A stretch of DNA of 61,627 nt from an uncultured Planctomycetales bacterium (lineage in GTDB: Bacteria; Omnitrophota; Gorgyraeia; Gygaellales; Profunditerraquicolaceae): assembly GCA_964354795.1 (NCBI GenBank), contig CAYHBB010000005.1:1-61627 (forward strand), given 5' to 3'. Position numbers and translations under genes: made by a program. Below the pieces are notes generated by a model. That model saw nothing but the letters and a program-made list of their open reading frames with translations, ran no database searches and was not told where the DNA came from. This document shows, piece by piece, positions 51,837-60,595 of this stretch. Each line of letters starts with the position of its first letter. Within the stretch, counting starts at the first letter, position 1.

Positions 51837-53717
51837 TCAATCTTCTAAAACCAGCGGATTGTAATTATGGAAAGCAAAAATCGCATAGGCTGTACCGGCA
51901 ACTGAACCAGTGGATGTGCCTTTAGGAGTGTTCCAGCCATGTCCTGTATCCACGGAATCCTGAGTGGCATATGGAAGGCACCCTGCGCCCTCACCCGAAG
52001 CGGAAGGGCTGGAGATGATCATCTTTTCCAGCTCATCGATATAATCATTGGCTTTGACGCTGTAGCTAAGCGCCTTAAGGCTATCGCCTTTGGCCTTATA
52101 ATAAGCGCTCATAATCTTAAAAGAAACGATCATCTGCGCTGTCCACTCCGAAGATACCACTCCGCCACGGCCCAGGTGCTTTTCCGGCGCGAAATCAAAT
52201 CCTTTAATGCGCACGCTGCGTCCGTCAGGACGGATATAAGTCACTTCTGCTACACAATTTGCCTCGGCAAATTCCATGATTTTATCCGGATTCATGCCTA
52301 TTTCCCGCAGCTTAGCCGGCCCGATGGCCGCTATTGACCAGGCATAGGTGTCGGTAGCGATAGTGGAATCTCCCTTGCCGCGCTGGATAGGAATATCGCT
52401 TTGGTCATAAGTATGCTGTTTGAGCCAATCCAGGACATTCTCTGCCACAAGGCGGTAAACGCGTTTATTGGTCATAGAGTAAAGCATATTAAAAAACGCG
52501 TAGGCATCCTGGTTATGCTCGGTAGCATACCAGGTAGTATCCGGCCCGCCGCGGATCCCGCCTTCTTTATCCTGAAAGGTCATAATGCTCTGGGCGATCT
52601 CCTCAGCCAAATACAAGTAACCTGAATCCCGGGATTCTTTAATGTAGTGCAGAATAGCGATACCCAACCAGATATTCGGGCCGCAATGAACAGTATATTC
52701 TGCGGGTGAGCCGTCGTTTGCGTAATAAGCATTGTAAAATAAACCACCTGAGCGTTCGGCGCTGCGGCTAAAAAATTCCAGGACTTTGCGCGCCCGGCCG
52801 TAATCAGAGGCATTATTATAAACCTGGGCAACCAGAGACTGGTCATAAGTAAAAGCCCAGTTCTTAATATCGCCGTCTCCCTCAAAGCTCATCACCAGCC
52901 CGGTGCGGGGATTCTGATGGACGCTCAGCCACCGGTACATCTTGTCGAAATTTATCTTCTCAAGCTCCCCGCGCTCTTTTCCTAGGCGCTGCAGCTCATC
53001 GGCAATAGCACTTTCCTTACGCTGCAAAGCTGACAGCTGCTCCTGCAACCCGGACTTATCCTGGGTAAGCTTATCGATAAGCGGGCGGTCTTCCTGCGCG
53101 CCCTGAATACGCGACTGAAGTGACTGGAGGCTCTCCTCGAGGTCCTGGCGCTCCCTGGCCACCTGCCCAGAGCGCTCTTTTGCGGCACTTGCCTCCTGAG
53201 AGATTTCTATCAGCTGCTCAACCAGCGCTTTATTACTTTTAATGAGCCTGGCGGTAATAAAACTGTTGATCATAAAACCGCTCCCTAACAAAAGGAATAG
53301 AGCAATCACCGCGGGAACAAATAATTTCCTGGTCCAGGCGTAACGCATGATCGTGGAATTTTGCCCCTGATCGATATCTTCATAGGTCAAGCCGATCAGG
53401 TAACGGGTGGGATTGCCGGGAGAATCCTTGACCCAGGCAATATTAGCCCTGGCGACTGCCGGGCCCCTTAATAAAGGCATCTCAATTTCCAGGGCGACTT
53501 TAGCGCTCTTATTCCTGACCAGCTGCACGCATTTTTCATCCAGAGCATTTGCCGACAGGCATATTCCTCCGTGGCTTACGTCAGAGGTGAATCCCAGAAG
53601 CCACCCCGACAGAAAACTCCTGCCGTCGAGAGACACCAGCCGAAACTGCACCGGGAAGACCGTATCTAGACGGATATATTTACGCCGCTCCTCAATTTTC
53701 TGCTCTTCGTGCGACAT
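51837..53717 (-). CDS. PilZ-domain protein with TM helix, coiled coil and a large C-terminal (alpha/alpha)-toroid-like domain
   Basis: PilZ motifs RRKYIR and DVSHGG; a TM segment at about residues 131-150; a coiled coil; the C-terminal ~370 aa are unassigned. Confidence 0.6.
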   Translation of the reverse strand: MSHEEQKIEERRKYIRLDTVFPVQFRLVSLDGRSFLSGWLLGFTSDVSHGGICLSANALDEKCVQLVRNKSAKVALEIEMPLLRGPAVARANIAWVKDSPGNPTRYLIGLTYEDIDQGQNSTIMRYAWTRKLFVPAVIALFLLLGSGFMINSFITARLIKSNKALVEQLIEISQEASAAKERSGQVARERQDLEESLQSLQSRIQGAQEDRPLIDKLTQDKSGLQEQLSALQRKESAIADELQRLGKERGELEKINFDKMYRWLSVHQNPRTGLVMSFEGDGDIKNWAFTYDQSLVAQVYNNASDYGRARKVLEFFSRSAERSGGLFYNAYYANDGSPAEYTVHCGPNIWLGIAILHYIKESRDSGYLYLAEEIAQSIMTFQDKEGGIRGGPDTTWYATEHNQDAYAFFNMLYSMTNKRVYRLVAENVLDWLKQHTYDQSDIPIQRGKGDSTIATDTYAWSIAAIGPAKLREIGMNPDKIMEFAEANCVAEVTYIRPDGRSVRIKGFDFAPEKHLGRGGVVSSEWTAQMIVSFKIMSAYYKAKGDSLKALSYSVKANDYIDELEKMIISSPSASGEGAGCLPYATQDSVDTGHGWNTPKGTSTGSVAGTAYAIFAFHNYNPLVLED

Positions 53718-53718
53718 A

Positions 53719-56064
53719 TTATTTTACCTTCTCAAAAACCACCCTTTGCTTGATTTTTTTCGCCAGGCCCTCGTAAAACTTTTTAAATTCCGCGTACTCG
53801 CTTTCGAGGATAGCCTGTTTCTTAAACACCGTATCCTGCCTGAAAAACAAAAGATTATTCTTAAAACTGTACTCTACGCTCACACCCATCCAAGGGCTAT
53901 CCTCGGATATATTGCCGGGAATAAATTTAGCTGTATAAGTTTTTGGCACAGCGATCTCAAAAATCGTTTCCTTCTTATCTAAGACGCTGAAATCCAATGC
54001 ATAAAACCGTTTATCTTTAGCGACCAACGCTGTGTCAAGGCCAGCCAGCTGCGGCATAAGGCGCAAGCTACCGGCAACGGTAAAATATTCCGGGCCGGAA
54101 AAAGAGTATTTCAGCTCCACCGGCTTATTCAGGTCATTAAGATTAGCGATAGCGTAGTCTTTAAGCGTGGCTCCGATAGAAAATTCCTGGATCCTTTCTT
54201 TTAATTGCGCCTCGATCAGCTCCGGCTGGGTATAAAGCAGCCAATAGCGTTGACCCTGATCATAAATCCCGTAGGTAAAAATATCTTTCTTTGCCAGAAT
54301 AGTCTCATCATCATTGATGCTGATGCGTGTGGATTGTCTGACCAGATTGTGCTCTGGCTCATAAAGCGGCGTAGTCTCTATACGGAATTTATCCTCTTGG
54401 CAGATGAATACCGTGCGCGCCTGATCGCCAGCCGGGAGATCTGCGAAAGAACAGGTCTGGGCCGTGGGATCAAGAAAAATGATCCTGTCATTTAGCAATA
54501 CGCTTGCAATACAGTGGTCGAAAAGCATCGCCGGAAAATCCGGGTTCAGGTTGTAGTAATCTTTAGTGGGGATAAGCACCGGCCAGGCCTTAAAGCCGGC
54601 ATCTTTTAACATAGTTACCAATAATATCGCCTGGTCTTTACAATCGCCGTATTTATTACGAAATATATCCGCTGCCTGATGCGGCTCAAATCCCGCCTGT
54701 CCGTATTCCACCGCCACATAGCGGATATCTTTGGCGCAAAAATTGTAAATGGAACGGACTTTTTCCTCATCAGTCTTAAGGCCGCGGATCAATTGTTGCA
54801 CCTTGTCTTTTATAGCGGCATCCGCCTGGATTTTATCCTTAGCTAGCTTCCACCACCAATCGTATAACTCCTGCCACTCTTTAAAAGAAGACAAAATCAC
54901 GGTGGGAGTGATCTCTACCACAGGAGGCATATCCGCTTCGCTGATTATTTGAGGAATGTCTTTGAACTTCCAACGCAAAGTGACGATGCCATCTTTTTCC
55001 TCTTTCTCAGGAGTAAGCTTAGCTCCAAAAGTATTATACCGCTCATTAATGATCTTAAGGTTAGCGGGATTTTCTTTAGGAAAGCTCACGATAAAATCCG
55101 CGGAAATTATCGGATCAGCTGACTGCAGCGAATAAGGGACCCCATAATCCTTCTTATTTACCAGCTGGTTGCGGTAAACTTTAAGCTTATACTCCACGCT
55201 TACGCCATCGGCAATCTCAGGGAATGAAATAATAAAAACGCGGGCGTTGCTGTAGAGGGGAAAATTAAGATACTTGGATACGTCGCGAATATGACGCGCG
55301 CCCACATCTACCACCGTACCGTCGCGCTTGATGGTACGGGCGTATTCCAGCTCGACTTTCTCGTAAGTGGAATCATACTCGATCTTGGCCTCGGAAAAAT
55401 CTTCTTTACCGCGCTCATTAAGGATCTTTACCAGATAATGCAAGCGTGAAACTTCGGTATTTTCCCGGGTGACCTCGATACTTTCATTACACAGAAGGAT
55501 CAATGCCCCTGCCTGCGGATAAAGCTCCTCGCTTGGCGCATTGGCGATTGCCTGATACGACTCCGGGCTCAGCTCCCTGATATTGCGACCGACAGCCAAC
55601 CGCTCTATAGCCTCAATACGCTCTGCGGCAAGGAAAGCAAATTCTTTTTCTTTTATCTTCTTGTAAGCAGCAAGAGCAGGATCAAAAAGATTTAACTTTT
55701 CGCAAGTCAATCCCTTATAATACAGACATTCGTCGTCAGAACTGTCGATCTTGTCAAGGACCTCCAGCGCGTCGGTAAACTCTTGGCTGCGATAAAATGA
55801 TATCCCCAAAAACTTTTTCGCCTGAGGCAGGCCGCTCTTGGCAAAACACTCTGTGGCTTCTTTAAACGCGCCATGGCCAAGATACAGTTTACCGAGGTCA
55901 AAATAAAGCTGATCAACATTCTGCCCCTTTATTATCTCCTGCTTGTAACCGGCAAGCGCCTCCTGGTAATATTGTTCTGATTTTCTAGCCAGCTGCTGCG
56001 CTTCAGTGCCAGCATTCGCCCCGCATCCGGCTATAAACAACGCCACTAAAATGACCCCTGACAC
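53719..56064 (-). CDS. TPR + DUF3857-like + transglutaminase-like domain lipoprotein
   Basis: Lipobox LFIAGC, and YGDCKDQAILLVTML transglutaminase core Cys. The GTG start lies inside a family A repeat, so the start is uncertain. Confidence 0.65.
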   Translation of the reverse strand: MSGVILVALFIAGCGANAGTEAQQLARKSEQYYQEALAGYKQEIIKGQNVDQLYFDLGKLYLGHGAFKEATECFAKSGLPQAKKFLGISFYRSQEFTDALEVLDKIDSSDDECLYYKGLTCEKLNLFDPALAAYKKIKEKEFAFLAAERIEAIERLAVGRNIRELSPESYQAIANAPSEELYPQAGALILLCNESIEVTRENTEVSRLHYLVKILNERGKEDFSEAKIEYDSTYEKVELEYARTIKRDGTVVDVGARHIRDVSKYLNFPLYSNARVFIISFPEIADGVSVEYKLKVYRNQLVNKKDYGVPYSLQSADPIISADFIVSFPKENPANLKIINERYNTFGAKLTPEKEEKDGIVTLRWKFKDIPQIISEADMPPVVEITPTVILSSFKEWQELYDWWWKLAKDKIQADAAIKDKVQQLIRGLKTDEEKVRSIYNFCAKDIRYVAVEYGQAGFEPHQAADIFRNKYGDCKDQAILLVTMLKDAGFKAWPVLIPTKDYYNLNPDFPAMLFDHCIASVLLNDRIIFLDPTAQTCSFADLPAGDQARTVFICQEDKFRIETTPLYEPEHNLVRQSTRISINDDETILAKKDIFTYGIYDQGQRYWLLYTQPELIEAQLKERIQEFSIGATLKDYAIANLNDLNKPVELKYSFSGPEYFTVAGSLRLMPQLAGLDTALVAKDKRFYALDFSVLDKKETIFEIAVPKTYTAKFIPGNISEDSPWMGVSVEYSFKNNLLFFRQDTVFKKQAILESEYAEFKKFYEGLAKKIKQRVVFEKVK

Positions 56065-56122
56065 CCACTTGAGCTTTCCGGTCCATTGACACCCACTTGA
56101 GCTTTCCGGTCCGCTGACACCC
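56059..56122. repeat. Family A tandem repeat array, locus 4
   Basis: 28-nt units start at 56059 and 56087, with a terminal octamer at 56115. The array fills the gap between the hypD stop and the next start. Confidence 0.9.
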
Positions 56123-57213
56123 TATCTATGATATTTATAGTAAGCATTACACGCTCCTTCATGCGAAACCATGCACGGGCCCACCGGATTATCCGGAGTG
56201 CAGGCCCTGGCAAACAGCGGGCAAAGATCAGGCCGGATCAGGCCTTTTAAAACTTCCCCGCAAAGGCATTTCTTTATCTTTGCGTCATACTTTGTGACCC
56301 GCTTAAAAACAAATTTCTTCGAGGCGTCGAACCCGGAAAATTCTTGTCTTAACGTCAGGCCGCTTTTAGGGATCTTTCCCAGTCCACGCCAGGAAGCACC
56401 TGCAGGCTGAAAAACCCGATTGATAATCTTTACGCCTTTAGGATTCCCTTGTTTCTTTACTACCCGGATGTATTGATTATCCACCCGCGGCTTGTTTTGT
56501 GCCAATTGACGCATCAATAGATAAATACCTTCCAAAATATCCAGCGGCTCAAATCCAGCGACACAGCTGCCGATACGGTATTTCTTCACCAGGAATTCGT
56601 AAGGCCGGGTGCCGATGATGCTGGAGACATGTCCGGGGCAAAGAAAACCGTCGAGCTTAAGCCTTTTATCCCGGCATAAATATTCCATAGCCGGAGTGAT
56701 CAATTTTAAAGCGCACGAAAATGTAAGGTTGGGGATCTTTTCTTTCTTGGCGGCAAGGATAGTCAGAGCGATGGTGGGAATAGTAGTCTCAAACCCCACC
56801 GCCAGAAATACTACCGACTTATCAGGGTTAGCCCGGGCCACACTGATGCTCTCAAGCGGCGAATATACCACCCGGATACTTCCTGAACGAGCCCTCTCCT
56901 TTTCCAGCGTAGAAAACGTACCCGGAATACGCAGCATATCCCCGAAGGTAAGGATGAGCGCGTCTTTTCTTTTGGCCAAAGCAATGGCCGCGTCGATATA
57001 CTCCTGGCTGCTTACGCACACCGGGCATCCCGGCCCGGCGATAAGCCGTAGGTTTGCGGGAAGCATCTTATCCAGCCCGAAGCGGAAGAAATTCTGAGTA
57101 TGTGTGCCGCAGACCTCCATGATATTCACCTGCCTAGGAGGCGTAACTGCGCGGATACCTTCCGCAACTTTCCTGACTAACTTTATATCGCGGTATTCGT
57201 CAACGAATCTCAT
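56122..57213 (-). CDS. hypD: Hydrogenase maturation protein HypD
   Basis: MEVCGTHT, GPGCPVCV, FETT, and the C-terminal Cys cluster PVGPCMVSHEGAC. Confidence 0.9.
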   Translation of the reverse strand: MRFVDEYRDIKLVRKVAEGIRAVTPPRQVNIMEVCGTHTQNFFRFGLDKMLPANLRLIAGPGCPVCVSSQEYIDAAIALAKRKDALILTFGDMLRIPGTFSTLEKERARSGSIRVVYSPLESISVARANPDKSVVFLAVGFETTIPTIALTILAAKKEKIPNLTFSCALKLITPAMEYLCRDKRLKLDGFLCPGHVSSIIGTRPYEFLVKKYRIGSCVAGFEPLDILEGIYLLMRQLAQNKPRVDNQYIRVVKKQGNPKGVKIINRVFQPAGASWRGLGKIPKSGLTLRQEFSGFDASKKFVFKRVTKYDAKIKKCLCGEVLKGLIRPDLCPLFARACTPDNPVGPCMVSHEGACNAYYKYHR

Positions 57214-57409
57214 CTACCATCCTCAGCGTTTCCTTAGCGCTTTCAGGGTCAATTCTCTGAATAGCAAAACCGGCATGCACCAAAACATACTCTCCCAACT
57301 TGAGATGGGGCAGCATTTGGATATTGATGGTACGGATCAACCTGCCAGATTCCACCTCGGCAAATTCACCCTTAAGCTTCTTTATTTTCATAGGAATTGC
57401 TAAACACAT
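57200..57409 (-). CDS. hypC: Hydrogenase maturation chaperone HypC
   Basis: MCLAIPMKI N-terminus and a size of 69 aa. It overlaps the hypD start. Confidence 0.9.
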   Translation of the reverse strand: MCLAIPMKIKKLKGEFAEVESGRLIRTINIQMLPHLKLGEYVLVHAGFAIQRIDPESAKETLRMVDEIR

Positions 57410-57410
57410 T

Positions 57411-57500
57411 GAGCGCCTCTTTTTACGAGTGTCCGCGAAACCCCGCCGAGTGCCTGCAAAGTTTATGAAAGAAACTTTGCGGCGTTTATGAGGCGGGGCA
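57411..57500. repeat. Family E intercistronic element, copy 4
   Basis: CGCGAAACCCCGCC, CTGCAAAGTTT-atgaaag-AAACTTTGCGG, GTTTATGAGGCGGGG. Confidence 0.75.
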
Positions 57501-57504
57501 CTCC

Positions 57505-58587
57505 TTACCTCATGCCTGCGACCACTGCCTGGCCAAGAGACAGGCCGGAATCATTACAGGACAATTTTTTGTTTATAAAGACCTTAAACCCTTCCTTATA
57601 TAATAAATCCAAACTCAGGCGTAGCAAAAGGTTATTTTGGAACACTCCGCCCGACAAAACCACATTGCTGATCTTAAATTTTCTTTTTAAGCGGATGCAA
57701 ACCTCAGTGATCATCTGGGCCACAGCCAGATGAAAGCGATAGGCGATCTCAGGTTTTACCTCTTTGGCTTTCAGGTCTTTTATTATCTGCCGGAATACTG
57801 GCGTCGGGTCAATGATATAGCTTCCTTTGTCTTTTATGACTTTGAATTTATAGCTTATGGATGACGCCTCAAAGTTAAAAGCTTTTTTTCCAAGCTCAAT
57901 AGCCAATTCCGCCTCAAAATTCGCCTGGCATTTCCCCAATATCAATACCGCCGCCGCATCAAATAATCTTCCCATGCTGCTGCTTAAGGGAGAGTTAAAT
58001 GCTTTTGCCTGCACCCTTTTCACCAAGCCCCACTCTTTTCTTTTAACTAAAGCGGGCCTATCCAAACCTAAAGCTGCCAACAGCCTCCATGGCTCAAGTA
58101 TGGCTTTTTCTCCTCCGATAAGCGCAACCTCTTTTAAATGCGCGGCTCGGATAAAGTTTTTATAATCGCAAACCAAAAACTCCGCTCCCCAAAGGCTGCC
58201 GTCGCGGCCTAAGCCGGTTCCGTCAAAAGCTACGCCTATCACTAACTTGTTCTTCAGCCCGTTCTCAGCCATGCAGCCGGCGATATGCGCATGGTGATGC
58301 TGCACTTCTGATACGCTGATCCCCTGATTCTCTGATACGCATTCACGCGCATATTTACTTGAGAAATACTCCGGATGTAAATCGCAGGCGACCATTCTTG
58401 GCTTTTTCTTCAAAAAGCATTTCGCATCTTTTTCGAATGCCGAAAGGTCCCTTGGGTCGCTTAAGTCTTTGTGCACTGCGCTGATATAGGCGGTTTTATT
58501 CTGGGCAAAGCAAACGGTATTCTTGACCTGACTTCCCAGGGCCAAAATCGAACGCTTGAGAGAAACCGGAAGGGCGATTTTTATCAC
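57505..58587 (-). CDS. hypF: HypF C-terminal (Kae1/YrdC-associated) half only, lacking the acylphosphatase and zinc-finger domains
   Basis: LALGSQVKNTVCF, VQHHHAHIAGCMAENGL, GVAFDGTGLGRDGSLWGAEF. The GTG start at 58587 has GGAGAT 5 nt upstream and overlaps the preceding stop (GTGA). Confidence 0.7.
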   Translation of the reverse strand: MIKIALPVSLKRSILALGSQVKNTVCFAQNKTAYISAVHKDLSDPRDLSAFEKDAKCFLKKKPRMVACDLHPEYFSSKYARECVSENQGISVSEVQHHHAHIAGCMAENGLKNKLVIGVAFDGTGLGRDGSLWGAEFLVCDYKNFIRAAHLKEVALIGGEKAILEPWRLLAALGLDRPALVKRKEWGLVKRVQAKAFNSPLSSSMGRLFDAAAVLILGKCQANFEAELAIELGKKAFNFEASSISYKFKVIKDKGSYIIDPTPVFRQIIKDLKAKEVKPEIAYRFHLAVAQMITEVCIRLKRKFKISNVVLSGGVFQNNLLLRLSLDLLYKEGFKVFINKKLSCNDSGLSLGQAVVAGMR

Positions 58588-59405
58588 AATATCTCCAAAT
58601 GCAATATTCCGTCCAAACGAAAAATACGCTCTTCGCAGCGCATACAGCAATACCCCACCAGATAATCGCGCTTATTATCCTGCTTGAGCTCCTTAGGGAT
58701 GATCTCCCGCTCTGAAAGGTCTCCTCCTGTCGAGGGAAGATAACGTATGCGTATCCTCACTCCCAAATCTATGGCTTCCTGTATTTGCGCCAGCTTCTGG
58801 GTATTGATGTCTTCCAAAAGTTTCGGGTTAATAGTGAACAAGTGCGAGAAGCTGGTAAAATCCGAGATCCCCTTACTAAGAAGCAGGGCCTTAAGCCGGA
58901 AAAATACTTCCAAAGTCATCTCCACGTCTGAGAATGCCCGGTGCGCCTGCTGGGTCTTGATCCCCAAGCTATCCGAGACAAACCATAGCGCGTAACGCTC
59001 TAATCCCGGAAGCAGGCGGCGGGACATCTTCAGCGCATCCACAACCACAACATTTTCCAAATGCGACCGGCCCAAAAGCGTCAGCTCATTATTTAAAAAC
59101 TCCATATCGAATCCCGCATTGTAAGAACACAAACAGCTATCCTTGATAAACTTCAAGAATTTCGGCATCACTGTCTTCATATCCGCAGCATCCTGCAACA
59201 TTTCTGCTGATATGCGGTTGACCTTGTACGCTGCCTCCGAAATCTCGCGATGAGGGTTGACTAATTTCTGAAAAGTCGCCAAGCGCTGACTACCTTTAAA
59301 GCGCACAGCCGCGATCTCCACGATCCTGTCCCCCGACGCCGGATCCAACCCGGTAGTCTCGGTATCAAAAATCGTAAATTCTACATCATTAATGTGCTGT
59401 GTCAT
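58584..59405 (-). CDS. DEDDh (DnaQ-like) 3'-5' exonuclease fused to a C-terminal WYL domain
   Basis: Exo I FDTETTG, Exo II YNAGFDMEFL, Exo III HRAFSDV. The C-terminus, RIRIRYLPSTGG...REIIPKEL...DYLVGYC...RIFRLDGI, is a WYL pattern. Confidence 0.7.
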   Translation of the reverse strand: MTQHINDVEFTIFDTETTGLDPASGDRIVEIAAVRFKGSQRLATFQKLVNPHREISEAAYKVNRISAEMLQDAADMKTVMPKFLKFIKDSCLCSYNAGFDMEFLNNELTLLGRSHLENVVVVDALKMSRRLLPGLERYALWFVSDSLGIKTQQAHRAFSDVEMTLEVFFRLKALLLSKGISDFTSFSHLFTINPKLLEDINTQKLAQIQEAIDLGVRIRIRYLPSTGGDLSEREIIPKELKQDNKRDYLVGYCCMRCEERIFRLDGILHLEIL

Positions 59406-59417
59406 ATTTGTCTATTG

Positions 59418-59493
59418 TTTAGCGGGTCCTGCCTTGGCTTGTCCTGCGCGCGGCTTATGGCCGTGCTCGGATCAAGCCAAGCCACCCGCTAAA
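59418..59493. repeat. Family C inverted-repeat element, copy 2
   Basis: TTTAGCGGGT..CTTGGCTTG pairs with CAAGCCAAG..ACCCGCTAAA. The core is identical to the copy at 12193-12252. Confidence 0.85.
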
Positions 59494-59518
59494 CCTACCA
59501 TTTATCAGCAAGCTTGTT

Positions 59519-59688
59519 GTTAGCGGCTGACTTGGACTGATTTCGAGCGGGGCGTCCGAGGACCGAGCGGGCATGGATCACCCGCTATCACTTGCAGGTG
59601 AGAGCGAGGTCCGCAGGCCGAGCGAAGTTTTGCCTCGCAGGGGCAAAACGAGCGCCCCCGCGAGAAACAGGCCAAGGCAGACGCTAAC
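59519..59688. ncRNA. Family C-related 170-nt multi-hairpin element closed by GTTAGCG/CGCTAAC
   Basis: Closing stem GTTAGCGGCTGACTTGG / CCAAGGCAGACGCTAAC. Inner hairpins are GAGCGGG-catggatc-ACCCGCT and GTTTTGCC-tcgcag-GGGCAAAAC. A TTTCGAGCGGGGCG / CGCCCCCGCGAGAAA pairing is also present. Confidence 0.5.
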
Positions 59689-59694
59689 TAAGGT

Positions 59695-60594
59695 TTAGAA
59701 AGCAGCTCGTTTTGCGATATATGCCGGGACGAGCTTGACCGGATGATACGACATCTTTACTTTCTTAAGACTCTCCAGCCCCGAATCATCCATGATATTT
59801 ATGTACGTATAGTCTTTTAACTCCGAGCAGAATTCTCGGAAAATAAACTGCGCCAGGCCCTTGACCATCAGGTCGGTTATCTCATACAGAATGCAGAAAG
59901 TATTATTATTTACCCGATATCCGAAAGTAAACGCCCGCAGCTGATCGCCAATCAGCACCACCCTGCCCGTGTAATCAAGCTTTGAAAAATTATCCAGCAG
60001 GACCTGAAAACTCTTCAAACTATCCTGCATCATACCCTGATAGAAACATTCGTTATTTTTACTTAAACGCTGCTCCATCCAGTACTCATACAACCACAGA
60101 CAGCCATCTTTGTGCTTTGGAGAATACGGCAGATACTCAAAGTTATTGTGCTTTATGAAATGATTGTGGCTAGCGCGTTTTGATTTAAACTTATCTCCCT
60201 TAAGATGTGCCAGATCCGTCCTACGGCACAGATAATCCAGAGACTTTTCTTTACAAGTGTAACCTAAATCGCTGTAAAAATCGAGCTCAGGCTCCTGCAC
60301 ATTCTCAACCCGGGAGATCTCCTTGTTTTTATTACAGCTGTCCATGATCTCAAACGCCACCTTTACTGCCTCGGGACTTTTAACTTTCCCGATGGGAGAA
60401 AAATAAAGAAAACATCCCATGGAATCGCAAAAGAACAGGCAGAGATTTCCGTCGATCACCTGCCAGCGGATATCAAAAAGGCTAATCCATATAAAGATAT
60501 TCTCAAAAGAATACACCGACAGTTCATGTCCGGATAAAGCAAGATAGCGTCGAAAAAGTGCTCGGTCTTTAAGGGTAAGCTTATTAAGTTTCAC
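59695..60594 (-). CDS. DUF2156-like protein (LPG-synthase C-terminal / acyltransferase-like fold)
   Basis: The N-terminal L.L.D...F..YL......S.YSFENIFIW pattern and the ~300-aa size match my recollection of DUF2156. Confidence 0.45.
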   Translation of the reverse strand: MKLNKLTLKDRALFRRYLALSGHELSVYSFENIFIWISLFDIRWQVIDGNLCLFFCDSMGCFLYFSPIGKVKSPEAVKVAFEIMDSCNKNKEISRVENVQEPELDFYSDLGYTCKEKSLDYLCRRTDLAHLKGDKFKSKRASHNHFIKHNNFEYLPYSPKHKDGCLWLYEYWMEQRLSKNNECFYQGMMQDSLKSFQVLLDNFSKLDYTGRVVLIGDQLRAFTFGYRVNNNTFCILYEITDLMVKGLAQFIFREFCSELKDYTYINIMDDSGLESLKKVKMSYHPVKLVPAYIAKRAAF

Positions 60595-60595
60595 T

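Noticed and set aside
57505-58650. The HypF ORF starting at 58650 (MLYALRRAYF...), overlapping the exonuclease gene by 67 nt.
   Set aside because: An in-frame GTG at 58587 has GGAGAT 5 nt upstream and forms a GTGA stop-start overlap. The extra 21 residues have no HypF similarity.
59519-59688. SRP (4.5S) RNA, suggested by GCCAAGGCAGA, which also occurs in E. coli 4.5S RNA.
   Set aside because: There is no GGAA-capped helix 8 and no conserved AGCA/GGA symmetric-loop motif on either strand. The closing stem is shared with the family C repeats.
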